64,000 nt of DNA from Macrostomum lignano (lineage: Eukaryota). The notes below the pieces were generated by a model. The model made no database searches. It was not told the origin of the DNA and worked only from the letters and a program-made list of their open reading frames with translations. Positions 39,155 through 53,640 of this stretch are shown here, piece after piece (position 1 is the stretch's first letter; the number at the start of each line of letters is the position of its first letter). The stretch is taken from positions 198,529 through 262,528 of the forward strand of contig NIVC01001317.1 in NCBI GenBank assembly GCA_002269645.1. The letters run 5' to 3'. The position numbers were made by a program, and so were the translations under genes.

Positions 39155-40935
39155 TATTCCTTCACCAAAGGTGATGTTGGCTAGATTAGCAATCCATTCT
39201 ATTCCTTCACCAAAGGTGATGTTGGCTAGATTAGCAATCCATTCTATTCCTTCACCAAAGGTGATGTTAGCTAGATTAGCAATCCATTCTATTCCTTCAC
39301 CAAAGGTGATGTTGGCTAGATTAGCAATCCATTCTATTCCTTCACCAAAGGTGATGTTGGCTAGATTAGCAATCCATTCTATTCCTTCACCAAAGGTGAT
39401 GTTAGCTAGATTAGCAATCCATTCTATTCCTTCACCAAAGGTGATGTTAGCTAGATTAGCAATCCATTGTATTCCTTCACCAAAGGTGATGTTGGCTAGA
39501 TTAGCAATCCATTCTATTCCTTCACCAAAGGTGATGTTAGCTAGATTAGCAATCCATTGTATTCCTTCATCAAAGGTGATGTTAGCTAGATTAGCAACCC
39601 ATTCTATTCCTTCACCAAAGGTGATGTTGGCTAGATTAGCAATCCATTGTATTCCTTCACCAAAGGTGATGTTAGCTAGATTAGCAATCCATTCTATTCC
39701 TTCACCAAAGGTGATGTTAGCTAGATTAGCAATCCATTCTATTCCTTCACCAAAGGTGATGTTAGCTAGATTAGCAACCCATTGTATTCCTTCACCAAAG
39801 GTGATGTTAGCTAGATTAGCAATCCATTCTATTCCTTCACCAAAGGTGATGTTAGCTAGATTAGCAACCCATTGTATTCCTTCACCAAAGGTGATGTTAG
39901 CTAGATTAGCAATCCATTCTATTCCTTCACCAAAGGTGATGTTAGCTAGATTAGCAATCCATTCTATTCCTTCACCAAAGGTGATGTTAGCTAGATTAGC
40001 AACCCATTGTATTCCTTCACCAAAGGTGATGTTAGCTAGATTAGCAATCCATTGTATTCCTTCACCAAAGGTGATGTTAGCTAGATTAGCAATCCATTCT
40101 ATTCCTTCACCAAAGGTGATGTTAGCTAGATTAGCAATCCATTCTATTCCTTCACCAAAGGTGATGTTAGCTAGATTAGCAATCCATTCTATTCCTTCAC
40201 CAAAGGTGATGTTAGCTAGATTAGCAATCCATTCTATTCCTTCACCAAAGGTGATGTTAGCTAGATTAGCAATCCATTCTATTCCTTCACCAAAGGTGAT
40301 GTTAGCTAGATTAGCAATCCATTCTATTCCTTCACCAAAGGTGATGTTGGCTAGATTAGCAATCCATTCTATTCCTTCACCAAAGGTGATGTTAGCTAGA
40401 TTAGCAATCCATTCTATTCCTTCACCAAAGGTGATGTTAGCTAGATTAGCAATCCATTGTATTCCTTCACCAAAGGTGATGTTAGCTAGATTAGCAATCC
40501 ATTGTATTCCTTCACCAAAGGTGATGTTAGCTAGATTAGCAATCCATTCTATTCCTTCACCAAAGGTGATGTTAGCTAGATTAGCAATCCATTCTATTCC
40601 TTCACCAAAGGTGATGTTAGCTAGATTAGCAATCCATTCTATTCCTTCACCAAAGGTGATGTTAGCTAGATTAGCAATCCATTCTATTCCTTCACCAAAT
40701 TAGGTGATGTTAGCTAGATTAGCAACCCATTGTATTCCTTCACCAAAGGTGATGTTAGCTAGATTAGCAATCCATTCTATTCCTTCACCAAAGGTGATGT
40801 TAGCTAGATTAGCAATCCATTCTATTCCTTCACCAAATTAGGTGATGTTAGCTAGATTAGCAACCCATTGTATTCCTTCACCAAAGGTGATGTTAGCTAG
40901 ATTAGCAATCCATTCTATTCCTTCATCAGTGATGT
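39155..40935. repeat. 45-bp satellite, about 39 copies
   Basis: Unit attccttcaccaaaggtgatgttagctagattagcaatccattct. Confidence 0.97.
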
Positions 40936-41422
40936 TGGGCAGATTAGCAATCTATTTTATATATATGTATTACAATTTAGACCAATTCTAAATTATATTC
41001 CATCATTCCTGATAATCAGAGAACTGTGTTATAGGTAAGCTCCCTGGGAGGCAGTGCTGACCCCAGGCCTGAGAGCATTAAAGCATTGACCTTGTTCGAA
41101 ATTTTCCTACTCCAGATTTTTACTACGGACTGAGAGAAGGAAAGTTATAGATAAGTGATGCAGCGCTGAGACTTGGTGGTGAAAATTTGGCTTTCGGGAG
41201 TCGAAGTGATTACCATAAGTGCCTCTCCTCGCTCCCATTTGCCCCTGTCGCTTGCGCAGCTTCAATAATCAATGCGGCAGACAAGAGCCACTACCAGTTC
41301 CTCCTCCCGTTCTTGCTAGTGCTAAATAACTTCACTGCGTAAGCTGCAGTCGGCCAGAGAGTGACAGAATAACAATTACCGGTCTGGTTAGTGACACCGC
41401 GTGGAGTTCACATTCGTAACTG

Positions 41423-42262
<840 letters not shown>

Positions 42263-42675
42263 TTAGATGTAGATAAAGCGCTGCCGCCCCGCCCCTCTCA
42301 AGCGCTTTGTCTCTGACAGGCACTGCAGAAGCGACTCTGCATTGGCTGGGAACGCATCGATCGCCTGAACTGGAGCCCAGAAGTGGAAGTTCAAACTAAG
42401 AAATTTCTTCTGTACGACACCCCTGACTGCTGGCAATAGCAATCTTCAAGAAGAATTTGAGCACCTCTTCTCGGCGACACTTCAGCCAATCTGCCAGCTC
42501 TATTCTAGAAATTCTTCCTAAAAATAGAAGCTACATTCCTTTTCAGCTTATCAGCTTATCCTTATCCTCTGGCCAATCTCGGGCACTCCTCCCCGACTAA
42601 ACATTGCATTGTTTCTCGCGGTTTCTGCAGTTTCCAGGAACAGAAAAACTCTTCAAGAAGCAGACGGCAAAAGCG

Positions 42676-43296
42676 ATGGATTGGCAGCAGCAGAACGCGC
42701 CTACTGCTTCCGTGGACGCCTCAACGGCTCTGAGCGGCAGGTACAAGCCGCCGCCAATCAAACTGCTGGCGCAGAGGTCAAAGTTCACCGAGCGAGAGCT
42801 GCGCCTGCTCTACCGCGGCTTCAAGCAGGACTGCCCGAGTGGCGTGGTTCGCGAGGAGCACGTGACCGCCATCTTCGCCCAGCTGTTCCCGTTCGGCAAT
42901 CCGGCTGCGTTCGCCAGGATCGTCTTCAACTGGCTGGACATTGACAAGCGCCAGGCCCTGCCGTTCCACCAGTACGTGATGTGGCTGTCCCAGCTGGCCA
43001 GGGGCGGCGTGCAGGACAAACTGGCGTGGATCTTCCGCCTCTACGACGTCGACAGGGACGGCACGCTGAGCCGGGAGGAGATCGGGCAGTTCCTGGCCGC
43101 GGTGTACGACCTCCTGGGCAGTCGGGCTGCCCGACGGGTTGACTCAGCGCGAAGCGTACAGGAGCACGCGGCCCACGTGTTCCAGCTGATGGACCCCGAC
43201 GGCAAGGGAGCCGTGACCTGCGAGGACTTCCTGCGCTACTGTCGAAGCTCGCCGGAGATTATGAAGGGCCTGGAGGTGTTTGACACCTGCTGGTGA
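42676..43296 (+). CDS. KCNIP: Kv channel-interacting protein / calsenilin-like neuronal calcium sensor (206 aa from ATG 42676; N-terminus could extend via an acceptor at about 42637)
   Basis: RYKP..FTERELRLLYRGFKQDCPSG, KLAWIFRLYDVDRDGTLSREE, FQLMDPDGKGAVTCEDF match the KChIP pattern; core is intron-less. Confidence 0.92.
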   Translation: MDWQQQNAPTASVDASTALSGRYKPPPIKLLAQRSKFTERELRLLYRGFKQDCPSGVVREEHVTAIFAQLFPFGNPAAFARIVFNWLDIDKRQALPFHQYVMWLSQLARGGVQDKLAWIFRLYDVDRDGTLSREEIGQFLAAVYDLLGSRAARRVDSARSVQEHAAHVFQLMDPDGKGAVTCEDFLRYCRSSPEIMKGLEVFDTCW

Positions 43297-43393
43297 ACCT
43301 GCTGCGACCGTGGCAGCGACTGCGCTGCACTCTGTGACAGTGCGTCCGCGGTGTACTTTTCTCTGTAAATATTCCGGGAATCGGTTGTCCGGC

Positions 43394-43842
<449 letters not shown>

Positions 43843-44499
43843 CGGCACCACTTCGATTAGGTGTACCTTTTCTTTAAACTTCAGCTGTCACAGTGAAAAT
43901 ATGTAAAAATATTTTGCAGGTTCAACATTAACTTCTAGTATTATGTGTTTGTGAATACCTCACGCCAGTGTACTGACTCATTTCACAAAAGGACAAATTT
44001 TCCGTGATTTTATAAAGGCTTTTAAATAAATAATTTATAAATCTGAAAATTTAAGACAAATAAATACGAGCTGACTAACAAATGCATCTGAGCATTGATA
44101 TGACTGTCTGATATGAGTGCGCTTCATCACGAGCCGCAGCGTCCCGAAATTTATACTTTCATCAGCTCAAAAGAAGGCTTCCCTTTGCCGATATACGACC
44201 GGATCCGGTAATTAGCATTCGGCCTCTCTCCAGGAAGACTCGAAAGTGCCTTCCCTGAGTTCCTTATTGATAAACTAACTAGATAGCGCTGCCTAAATTA
44301 ATAAGTAAAATGATACTGAAAGGGGAGAGCAGGTGAGCTGCTTCATCAGATCCCAGTTCTCAACTGGATCATCGGCAAAAATATTGAGACTGAAAGTGGC
44401 GAGCGTTGACGGATGTAGCGAGATGGGGCCTGCCTGACCCAGATTGCTGACGCCTGCTGGGGACGCCTGGCCTGGATGAGGCTGTTGATGACTGTGCGT

Positions 44500-45450
44500 C
44501 ACTGTGCGACCGTGACCGTGATTGTAACTGTATGACCGAGAATGTATGACCGAGAATGTATGACCGTTACTGTATGACCGTGAATGTATGACCGTGAATG
44601 TATGACCGTTACTGTATGACCGAGAATGTATGACCGAGAATGTATGACCGTTACTGTATGACCGAGAATGTATGACCGTGAATGTATGACCGTGAATGTA
44701 TGACCGTGAATGTATGACCGTGAATGTATGACCATTACTGTATGACCGAGAATGTATGACCGTGAATGTATGACCGTTACTGTATGACCGTGAATGTATG
44801 ACCGAGAATGTATGACCGAGAATGTATGACCGTGAATGTATGGACGTTACTGTATGACCGAGAATGTATGACCGAGAATGTATGACCGTGAATGTATGAC
44901 CGTTACTGTATGACCGAGAATGTATGACCGTTACTGTATGACCGAGAATGTATGACCGTGAATGTATGACCGTTAGTGTATGACCGTGAATGTATGACCG
45001 TTACTGTATGACCGAGAATGTATGACCGTGAATTTATGACCGTTACTGTATGACCGAGAATGTATGACCGTGAATGTATGACCGTGAATGTATGACCGTG
45101 AATGTATGACCGTTACTGTATGACCGAGAATGTATGACTGTGAATGTATGACCGTTACTATCGGACCATGACTGTATGACCATGACTGACCATGAATTTA
45201 TGACCGTGATTGTATGACCATGAATTTATGACCGTGATTGTATGACCATGACTTAGTGAACATGACTTAATGACCGTGACTATATGACCAAGGCTGAATG
45301 AACATGACTGTATGATCATGATTGGATGAACGTGACCGTGACCGACCGTGACTGTATGACCGTGGCTGTATGACCATGATTGCATAATTGTACCTGTGAA
45401 TGAATGACTCTGCCTGTGACTGTTTGACTGACCGTGACTGTGTGACCGTG
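44500..45450. repeat. 14-bp minisatellite (tgtatgaccg + tgaa/agaa/ttac), degenerate at the right end
   Basis: Direct reading. Confidence 0.93.
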
Positions 45451-45521
45451 TCTGCGTCTGTGACCGCAGATTCAAAACTCTAGCAGACATTTAAACTGAG
45501 ACTAAACCGTCTATAAAATGT

Positions 45522-45860
45522 GCATTACGCTTAAATGCCTACTGGCTACTGCTAGTAGAGAATCTCAAAAATAACCGTCCGATTTTTTGCATATCTAAAT
45601 ATACTAAATCTCTAAGGTTTGTATGCTTGAATGAATTCCTTCCTTTTTATAATCTAAATATACTAAATCTCTAAGGTTTGTTTGTATGTTTGTCCATAAT
45701 TTAATACTAAAGTTGGTGCGATGTTTGTCTGTCTGTATGTTGCAATTTTTCTCCTAGACTACTTGCAACTCAGCGTTGAAACTTATGTGGGTAAACTGCA
45801 AATTTTCCCGGTTGGGTTTATAGCTATTTTAATCTTTTATTTTCACAGTTTAAGATCCCT
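45522..45860 (+). mobile_element. Helitron-like termini: a 3' end (hairpin + CTAG|T at 45552-45556) followed by two A|TC 5' ends (45594, 45653)
   Basis: gcatt-acgctta-aatgc hairpin 13 nt before CTAG|T; duplicated a|tctaaatatactaaatctctaaggtttg followed by tttgtatgtttgtc, typical of non-autonomous Helitron 5' ends. Confidence 0.45.
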
Positions 45861-47539
45861 AAAAAAGCAGAAATAATAAAACAATAGGGAATATGATCCA
45901 CCTTGCGCAACTCTTAGTGATTGCGCCACAACAGCTGGCCTATCTGTGTAGTGTATTCTTTTAGCTGAAGGGGTGTAACTGGGCCAGTTGGCATCAATTT
46001 TTAGTGATTACGCCACAACTTTCTCCTATCTCGGCAGTGTATTTTCTCTCCAATGGGGGAATGGGGGCGTTCTCAGTGGCTGCGTGTGTACAATCGGACC
46101 CTAGCTCACTGGCTGATTGTATAGACAATTGCGCAACGATATGTTTTCTGATTTTCAATAGGCAGCCCTGTGTATTTGTTGGACACTATGTATTTGTTGG
46201 ACAGTAAAATTTAATGAATAAACTTGCGAGCCTCCCACTGCTGCAGGCAGTGAACGTACACTCGATAGTTCAATTCCTTAAAACGGGAAATTTCAAAGCC
46301 AAACTGTTCCTCGAGTTTTAAACTTTAAGAGAAGAGACTTATATTGCTGGAAAGAGGTTGCAACGCTGAGTTAGGGGATATAAGTTGTTTGCTCTAAATG
46401 TGAAAATTAAAAGCACAGCATTCGAAAAGCGATTTCAATACTTTTAACTTTTTGCAAAGATTGTACTCCATTTCGGGGGTTCAATGAGGGTTTGACAGAC
46501 CCCCAACAGTGGGGGGGGGGGTTCAATTTCTAGCTGCACTGCGTATTCGAAGGGGTTCGGTCGCTGTGTATTGAAGGGTTGATTTAGATTGCGCAGTTTT
46601 TTTGTTAACTTTAACCGAGGCTGATACTGACTGCCTGAGAAATAAGTTGCGCAATTTAATTGGTTCGATGTCTTTACGGCGCCTTTCAACACGCAGCTGT
46701 GTGTAGCTCTAACCCTAACCCTAACCATAACCAATGAATTCTGAGAGCTGGGTTCTGTTTGATGGAGAAAATTCAATTGAGTCCAGTTACACGGAGAGAA
46801 TTTTCGCGGAGAGGATTTTGATGGTGTTCAGTTTCACGGAGACGATTTCTGTTTCGCAGAGAGTTCAGGAAATGGGATTCCGGTGATGGGAGTTCTTCCC
46901 CTTTCTTCTCCGAAGGAGGAGTTGGCCTCGTATATACTAAAAATGAGTTGTTTGTTTGTACGCAATCGATTAGAGAAAAAATGGCTGGACCGATTTTCTT
47001 CGAACTTGCACTGTTCGATCAGAAATTTTCCTGGGACGGTACATGCATCTTGGCTAAGAAATTGCTCCATGTTAAAGCGATTAAATATTCGAAAAACATG
47101 CTTTTTTGCAAAGGTCAAGCAAACTTTTCGACTTGAAATGCATTGTAAGAATACTAGAGAAAAAACTGACTGGTTGAATTCTGATTCTGAAATAGATTAC
47201 ATCATAACTGAATTGTAACTCCGACTTGAATTGAAAATGCAGTGTGGAAGCGTAGCACCAGACTTGATTTAAATTGCGTAACCATATTGTTAACTGATAC
47301 TGACTGACTGAGAAACTGATTATGTCATAACTGCTTCGTGTGATTTACTCTATGCTTGGATTTTAAAGTGTTGAATTATATAAGTGCAAAATTTGATGTT
47401 ATCAAAACGATGAGAGCTAGCCTAGAGGTGAACAAACTGAACTGCCAAATGCAGCGACGATGGTTCGAATTTTCATAGAGTATAATTTTTTTAATTAAAG
47501 CTTTTCAACGTCAGGAAAACTAAAAGACTTTTTAAAAAG

Positions 47540-50340
47540 AAGCGTCATGTAAAAAATCATAGAAGTGTCATGTAAACAATCATAGAAGCGCCATGTAAAA
47601 AATCGTAAAAGCGTTATATAAAAATCATAGAAGCGTCATGTAAACAATCATAGAAGCGTCATGTATACAATCATAGAAGCGTCATGTAAACAATCATAGA
47701 AGCGTCATGTAAAAAATCATAGAAGCGTCATGAAAAAATCATAGAAGCGTCATGTAAAAAATCATAGAAGCGTCATGTAAACAATCATAGAATCGCCATG
47801 TAAAAATCGTAAAAGCGTTATATAAAAATCATGGTAGTGTAATGTAAAAAATCATAGAAGCGTCATGTAAACAATCATAGAAGCGTCATGTAAAAAAATC
47901 ATAGAAGCGTCATGAAAAAATCATAGAAGCGTCATGTAAACAATCATAGAAGCGTCATGCAAACAATCATAGAAGCGTCATGTAAAAGTCAAAAAAGCGT
48001 CATAAAAAATCATAGAAGCGTCATGAAAAAATCATGGAAGCGTCATGAAAAAATAATAAAAGCGTCATGTAATAATCATAGAAGCGTCATGCAAAAATCA
48101 TAGAAGCGTCATGAAAAAATCATAGAAGCGTCATGTAAAAATCATAGAAGCGTCATGCAAACAATCATAGTAGCGTCATGTAAAAATCATAGAAGCGTCA
48201 TGCAAACAATCATAGTAGCGTCATTTAAAAAATCATAGAAGCGTCATGTAAACAATCATAGAAGCGTCATGTAAAAGTCAAAATAGCGTCATAAAAAATC
48301 ATAGAAGCGTCATAAAAAATCATCGAAGTGACATGAAAAAATCATAGAAGCGTAATGTAAAAAATCATAGAAGCGTCATGAAAAAATCATAGAAGTGTCA
48401 TGTAAAAATCATAGAAGCGTCATGTAAAAAATCATAGAAGCGTCATGTAAAAATCATAGAAGCGTCATGTAAAAAATCATAGAAGCGTCATGAAAAAAAT
48501 CATAGAAGCGTCATGTAAAAAATCATAGAAGCGTCATGTAAACAATCATAGAATCGCCATGTAAAAATCGTAAAAGCGTTATATAAAAATCATGGAAGTG
48601 TAATGTAAAAAATCATAGAAGCGTCATGAAAAAATCATAGAAGCGTCATGTAAACAATCATAGTAGCGTCATGTAAACAATCATAGAATCGCCATGTAAA
48701 AATTCATAGAAGCGTCATGCCAACAATCATAGAAGCGTCATGGTAAAATCATAGAAGCGTCATGTAAACAATCATAGAAGCGTCATGCAAACAATCATAG
48801 AAGCGTCATGTAAAAGTCAAAAAAGCGTCATAAAAAATCATAGAAGCGTCATGAAAAAATCATGGAAGCGTCATGAAAAAATAATAAAAGCGTAATGTAA
48901 TAATCATAGAAGCGTCATGCAAAAATCATAGAAGCGTCATGAAAACAATCATAGTAGCGTCATTAAAAATCATAGAAGCGTCATGCAAACAATCATAGAA
49001 GCGTCATGCAAACAGTCATAGAAGCGTCATAAAAAATCATAGAAGCGTCATAAAAAATCATCGAAGTGAAATGAAAAAACCATTAATGCGTCATGTAAAA
49101 AATCATGGAAGCGTCATGCAAAAATCATAGAAGCGTCATGTAAAAATCATAGAAGCGTCATGTAAAAAATCATAGAAGCGTCATGTAAACAATCATAGAA
49201 GCGTCATGTAAACAATCGTAGAAGCGTCATAAAAAAATCATAGAAGCGTCATGTAAAAATCATAGAAGCGTCATGTAAACAATCATAGAAGCATCATGTA
49301 AACAATCATAGAAGCGTCATGCAAACAATCATAGAAGCGTCATGTAAAAAAGCATAAAAGCGTCATGTAAAAAATCATAGAAGCGTCATGTAAACAATCA
49401 TAGAAGCGTCATGTAAAAATCATAGAAGCGTCATGTAAACAATCATAGAAGAGTCATGTAAACAATCATAGAAGCGTCATGTAAACAATCATAGAAGCGT
49501 CATGTAAAAAAATCATAGAAGCGTCATGTAAAAATCAAAGAAGCGTCATGTAAACAATCATAGAAGCGTCATGTAAACAATCATAGAAGAGTCATGTAAA
49601 CAATCATAGAAGCGTCATGTAAAAAATCATAGAAGCGTCATGTAAACAATCATAGAAGCGTCATGTAAACAATCATAGAAGCGTCATAAAAATATCATAG
49701 AAGCGTCATGTAAAAATCATAGAAGCGTCATGTAAACAATCATAGAAGCATCATGTAAACAATCATAGAAGCGTCATGCAAACAATCATAGAAGCGTCAT
49801 GTAAAAAAAGCATAAAAGCGTCATGTAAAAAATCATAGAAGCGTCATGTAAACAATCATAGAAGCGTCATGTAAAAATCATAGAAGCGTCATGTAAACAA
49901 TCATAAAAGAGTCATGTAAACAATCATAGAAGCGTCATGTAAACAATCATAGAAGCGTCATGTAAAAAAATCATAGAAGCGTCATGTAAAAATCAAAGAA
50001 GCGTCATGTAAACAATCATAGAAGCGTCATGTAAACAATCATAGAAGAGTCATGTAAACAATCATAGAAGCGTCATGTAAACAAGCATAGAAGCGTCATG
50101 TAAACAAGCATAGAAGCGTCATGTAAAAAATCATAAAAGCGTCATTTAAAAAATCATAGTTGCGTCATGTAAAAATCATAGAAGCGTCATGCAAACAATA
50201 ATAGAAGCGTCATGGTAAAATCATAGAAGCGTCATGCAAACAATCATAGAAGCCTCATATAAAAACTAATGAAAGTGTCATTTAAAAAATTAAGAAGAAT
50301 AATGGAAGAATAAAAGAAGCGTCATGTAAAAATCAAAAGA
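47540..50340. repeat. About 23-bp AT-rich satellite (aatcatagaagcgtcatgtaaac), about 120 units; a few more at 51675-51775
   Basis: Direct reading. Confidence 0.97.
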
Positions 50341-51180
50341 AGCGCCATGTCAGACATGAAAGGTGTCATATAAAAATTAAATGAAGCTATAGTACAGTGC
50401 TGTGCTGGGGAGAATTACTGAGACGTCAAGGCTCACAGAGAATAACTGAGATTACAGGTGGGGGGGGTTTCTGAGATGTCAAAGCAAAAGTCAGAAGCTA
50501 CTTCAAAGTTCATGTACTTTACTCAATTTTTATTACATTCATTGTTGGCTCGCCACAGGGGGGGCGCTGATAGAAGCAGAGTCATGTAAAAAATAAAAGT
50601 AGCACTATGTATAGATATAAGAAAAGTCATGTCGAAGTTAAAAGATTCATTTGGGAATTGCTACAATGTCAAAGCTTGGTGGAAATCGTTATAGTGCTGT
50701 GATTCTTAAAGAAGGAATCACTAAAATGTCAAGGCTTAGGGGAGAAGAATTGCTGAGATTTCAAGGCTTTAGGTTGGGTTAAAGTTAGGTTTAGGTCAGG
50801 TGTGGGTTGAGGGTTATATTTTATCGGGTTTCAAGGTTAACAGGGGATTTTTTAGATTTCAAGATTTATGGGGGGCATCGCTGACATGTCAAGGCTTACG
50901 GGGGGAATAGCTGAGATGTCAAGGCTCACGGGGGTATAAATGAGATTTCAAGGCTAAAGTCAGAAGCTACATGTAGTTTAATGAAAACTTTTTATTACAT
51001 TTTTTGTTGGCTCCTCAGGGCTCACTGATAGAAAAAGCATAATGTAAAAAATAAAAAAGAAGCTTCATGTCGAATTTAAGAGATTCATTTGGGAATCCCT
51101 ACGATGTCGAGGCTTGCAGGGAATCGCTATAACGCTGTAGTAGTGCTATAATGACTCAGAATTACTGAAATTTCAATGCT

Positions 51181-51288
51181 TTAGGGTTAGGTTAGGGTTA
51201 GGGTTAGGGTTAGGGTTAGGCTAGGGTTAGGGTTAGGGTTAGGGTTAGGCTAGGGTTAGGGTTAGGGTTAGGCTAGGGTTAGGGTTAG
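51181..51288 (+). repeat. Interstitial telomeric repeat (TTAGGG)n with CTAGGG variants; degenerate copies at about 46710, 50770, 51550-51640 and 51795
   Basis: Direct reading. Confidence 0.93.
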
Positions 51289-52094
51289 AAGGTTAACAGA
51301 TTTTTTTAGACTTCAAGGCTTATTTGGGGCATCGCTGAGATGTCAAGGGGGGAGTTGATTTGTTAAAGCTTGTGGGGGGAATTACTGACATTTCAAGGCT
51401 TACAAGGGACTTCTGAGGTATATTGCAAAGAGATGCTACATGTAGTTTATTACAAAACTTGTACTGTATTTTTGGCTCCCTAACGCTAAGATACTAAGCT
51501 AAAAAATAATACTAGCTCTTCACAAACTTATGCAGATGTCAGGCTGTAGGGTTAGTGTTAGGGTTGGTATTAGGGTTTAGGTTTAGGGTTAGGTTCAGGG
51601 TTATTGCGTTAAGATTCGGGTTAGGGTTAGGGTTAGGGTAGCTTATAACTTGGCTCATTTAGCTTATTAAAAATGTTTATCATGGAAGCATCATGCAAAA
51701 ATAATGGAAGCGTCATGCAAAAACAATGGAAGCGTCATGCCAAAAATCATAGAAGCATCGATCATGCAAAAACTCATGGACAAAACATTGAATTTAGGGT
51801 TTTGGTTAGGGTTAGAATTTTGACAGGAGATTTTTTAAGATTTCAAGGCTACATGTAGCTTATTAAAAATACGTGTATTGCATTTCTTTGGCTCCCCAAC
51901 GGGGGGCGTAGATTGCTAGTAAGAATACCTATATTTTCATTGGAGCGATTCGAGTGAAAATTGAAAGAAAACATAATTGGAAAGAGTTTAAGTCACATGA
52001 AACATTTAGATGAGTCAAACAGCTGTAAAGCCGATATTGCAAGTGCGTTGATTTGAAGAGAGCGATAGAAACAAGTAGATAAGAGAGATAGTAG

Positions 52095-52480
52095 AGGGAG
52101 ACTGAGATGCAGTGTGAGAGGGAGATGCAGGGTGAGAGTGAGATGGAGGGTGGAAGGGAGGTGGAGGGTGAGAGAAAGATGGAGGGTGAGAGGGAGATGA
52201 AAGGTGAGAGGGAGATGGAGGGTGAGAGGGAGATGGAGGGTGAGAGGGAAATGGAGGGTGAGAGGGAGATGGAGGGTGAGAGGGAGAAGCAGGGTGAGAG
52301 AGAGATGGAGGGTGAGAGGGAGATGGAGGGTGAGAGGGACATGCAGGGTGAGAGGGAGACGGATGGCTAGAGGGAGATGGAGGGTGAGAGGGAGAGGGAG
52401 ATAGAGGGTGAGAGGGAGATTGAAGGTAAGAGGGAGATGGAGATGGAGGGTGAGAGGGAGATGGAGGGTGAGAGAGGGCT
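52095..52480. repeat. 18-bp GA-rich minisatellite (gagggagatggagggtga)
   Basis: Direct reading. Confidence 0.92.
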
Positions 52481-53079
52481 GTAGGAGGCTACGGGATTAG
52501 GCCTGGCAGAGTGAGGGCGCTGGAGAAGCAGCTGATGAAGGCACAGCATCCGTGTTTTCCGATTGTGCAGAAGCAGCAGACATGCGCGCAGCATTGGCGA
52601 CTGAAAGCAGCTACAGGCGGCAGTCGCTAACCCGGAGCTCGGTCGCTAATGCGCACGGCGCAACCCCCCCTCCCCCAAAGCATCCGGAAAGCTCGATTGA
52701 ATCCTCCGGCGAAGTTTTGAGGGCCGCGAAGCCAAAAGAAATGCCCGGCAATTAGCTGGCTGGCCGCGCACTGCCAATTAGCAAGGTGTTGCTGGAGGGC
52801 CAGCGCTCCCATTAAGTCTGTCCCTGCCCCATCCATTCTTCTAGGAACAGTGAATAAAACTACAGGGGCAAAGCAGGAATGCGCGGAGTGGCTGCGGATC
52901 TCTATTACAAATATACAGCATGCTGCTACCTGTCTGATGACAAGCGCTACCCGCCCCCTCCTGCCTCATCCCCAGTTCCGCCTCCGCCCTCCGCAGCCCC
53001 GGAAATCCATAATCCCTGGACAGGGAGGTCGGGGATTTCCAGTGATTTTTTTGCCTACTTCCTTTTTTCCCTCAGCAAC

Positions 53080-53640
53080 TTGCAGTGCAAGCTATTGATG
53101 ATGCAGTGTGTGCCAGCTGCAGTGCAAGCTATTGATGATGCATGCAGTGTGTGCCAGCTGCAGTGCAAGCTATTGATGATGCAGTGTGTGTCAGCTGCAG
53201 TGCAAGCTATTGATGATGCAGTGTGTGTCAGCTGCAGTGCAAGCTATTGATGATGCAGTGTGTGCCAGCTGCAGTGCAAGCTATTGATGATGCATGCAGT
53301 GTGTGCCAGCTGCAGTGCAAGCTATTGATGATGCAGTGTGTCAGCTGCAGTGCAAGCTATTGATGATGCAGTGTGTGCCAGCTGCAGTGCAAGCTATTGA
53401 TGATGCATGCAGTGTGTGCCAGCTGCAGTGCAAGCTATTGATGATGCAGTGTGTGTCAGCTGCAGTGCAAGCTATTGATGATGCAGTGTGTGCCAGCTGC
53501 AGTGCAAGCTATTGATGATGCAGTGTGTGCTAGCTGCAGTGCAAGCTATTGATGATGCAGTGTGTGCCAGCTGCAGTGCAAGCTATTGATGATGCAGTGT
53601 GTGTCAGCTGCAGTGCAAGCTATTGATGATGCAGTGTGTA
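53080..53640. repeat. 37/41-bp minisatellite (cagctgcagtgcaagctattgatgatgcagtgtgtgc)
   Basis: Direct reading. Confidence 0.93.

Larger units (their letters stand above)
46928..51919 (+). mobile_element. Putative non-autonomous Helitron-like composite carrying a satellite and telomeric repeats
   Basis: 5'-like tcgtatatactaaaaatgagttgtttgtttgt...ggctggaccgatttt; 3' gctcccc-aac-ggggggc hairpin (51891-51907), 8 nt, then CTAG|T (51916-51920). Confidence 0.4.

Noticed and set aside
39105-40703. 532-aa ORF
   Set aside because: Translation of the 45-bp satellite.
36384-40935. CRISPR-like appearance of the 47- and 45-bp arrays
   Set aside because: Head-to-tail units with no unique spacers, no cas genes, eukaryotic context.
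50550-50570. CTCF-like motif gccacagggggggcgctg
   Set aside because: Better explained as a copy of the GC hairpin region of the 440-bp repeat unit; no binding evidence.
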